A stretch of DNA of 64,000 bases. It comes from Lama guanicoe. Taxonomy: Eukaryota. The stretch is from positions 913,146 through 977,145 of the forward strand of contig MU054400.1 of assembly GCA_013239625.1 (NCBI GenBank). The letters are read 5' to 3'. Of the stretch, positions 63,490-64,000 are shown one piece after another. The number at the start of each line of letters is the position of its first letter. The stretch's first letter is position 1. The translations under genes were made by a program, and so were the position numbers. The notes under the pieces are model-generated. The model was not told the origin of the DNA, did no database searches, and saw only the letters and a program-made list of their open reading frames with translations.

Positions 63490-64000
63490 AATATGAAAGA
63501 GGCAAAACATGAGAAAGAAAATATGAGGATGAAACAGCCTTGAGACTAGAACCTGATATGGACAGTAGGAGAAATAATAATTACAAGCCAATCTGACACA
63601 CACAGCTGTAAAAATTCTAAATTGAATTCAGCATTGTATGAAAAAAAAAAATACACCATAGCCATGTCTAGTATGTCCCAAGAATAAAGCTGGTTTAACA
63701 AGTGAAAAATCATTTAATAAAATCACCAACTTTACAGAATAAAATCTAAATGTATGATCATACAAGCATCTCAATAAAGAAAATGCATTAATAAAATTCA
63801 ACATTCACTCAAAATAAAAATTCTTGGAAAACAAGACTGTCTTTGACTTAATAAAAGGTTATCTACATAAACCTGAAGCAAAAACCATCCTGAATAATCA
63901 AATATTAAAAGCATTCCTTTAAGATAACAAAAATAAACAACAAAAACCAGGAGCTACAGTCATGACTGCTTCTATTTAGACGGTGATTTGGAGATCCCAG
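63490..64000 (+). mobile_element. Old LINE-1 ORF2 fragment running off the window end
   Basis: ataaaattcaacattcactc..ataaaaattctt, aaaggttatctacataaacctgaagcaaaa, aaagcattccttt. Confidence 0.65.

Noticed and set aside
1..64000. Prokaryote-type systems (CRISPR arrays, operons, defence islands)
   Set aside because: The sequence is a spliced mammalian gene with mammalian repeats; there are no repeat-spacer arrays or long unspliced ORFs.

Overview
Mammalian genomic DNA, probably camelid given about 13 copies of a Vic-1-like tRNA-derived SINE and cetartiodactyl-type L1 3' ends. The whole window lies inside the UBAP2 gene on the minus strand. I traced 18 consecutive coding exons (numbered 2-19 by analogy to human) from the start codon at 58990 down to 120. 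They join with consistent phases into an open frame of 735 codons (741 with an alternative acceptor) covering the UBA domain, the RGG region and the DUF3697/G3BP-binding motif. The non-coding exon 1 and the 3' exons lie outside the window. Two intronic box C/D snoRNAs (SNORD121A and SNORD121B) share one guide to 28S rRNA. A 3'-truncated, polyadenylated U1 snRNA retrocopy with target-site duplications sits in intron 8. The rest is old L1, MER DNA transposons, solo LTRs and SINEs. I see no convincingly new biological system. The best leads are: a GC donor after exon 16 competing with a GT donor that adds a stop codon; GC-biased divergence of that exon; candidate poison exons in both snoRNA-hosting introns; orientation-polarised SINEs that could drive back-splicing; and an unassigned 291-bp insert flanked by poly(A). 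Comparisons with human UBAP2 and repeat consensi are from memory, not database searches.
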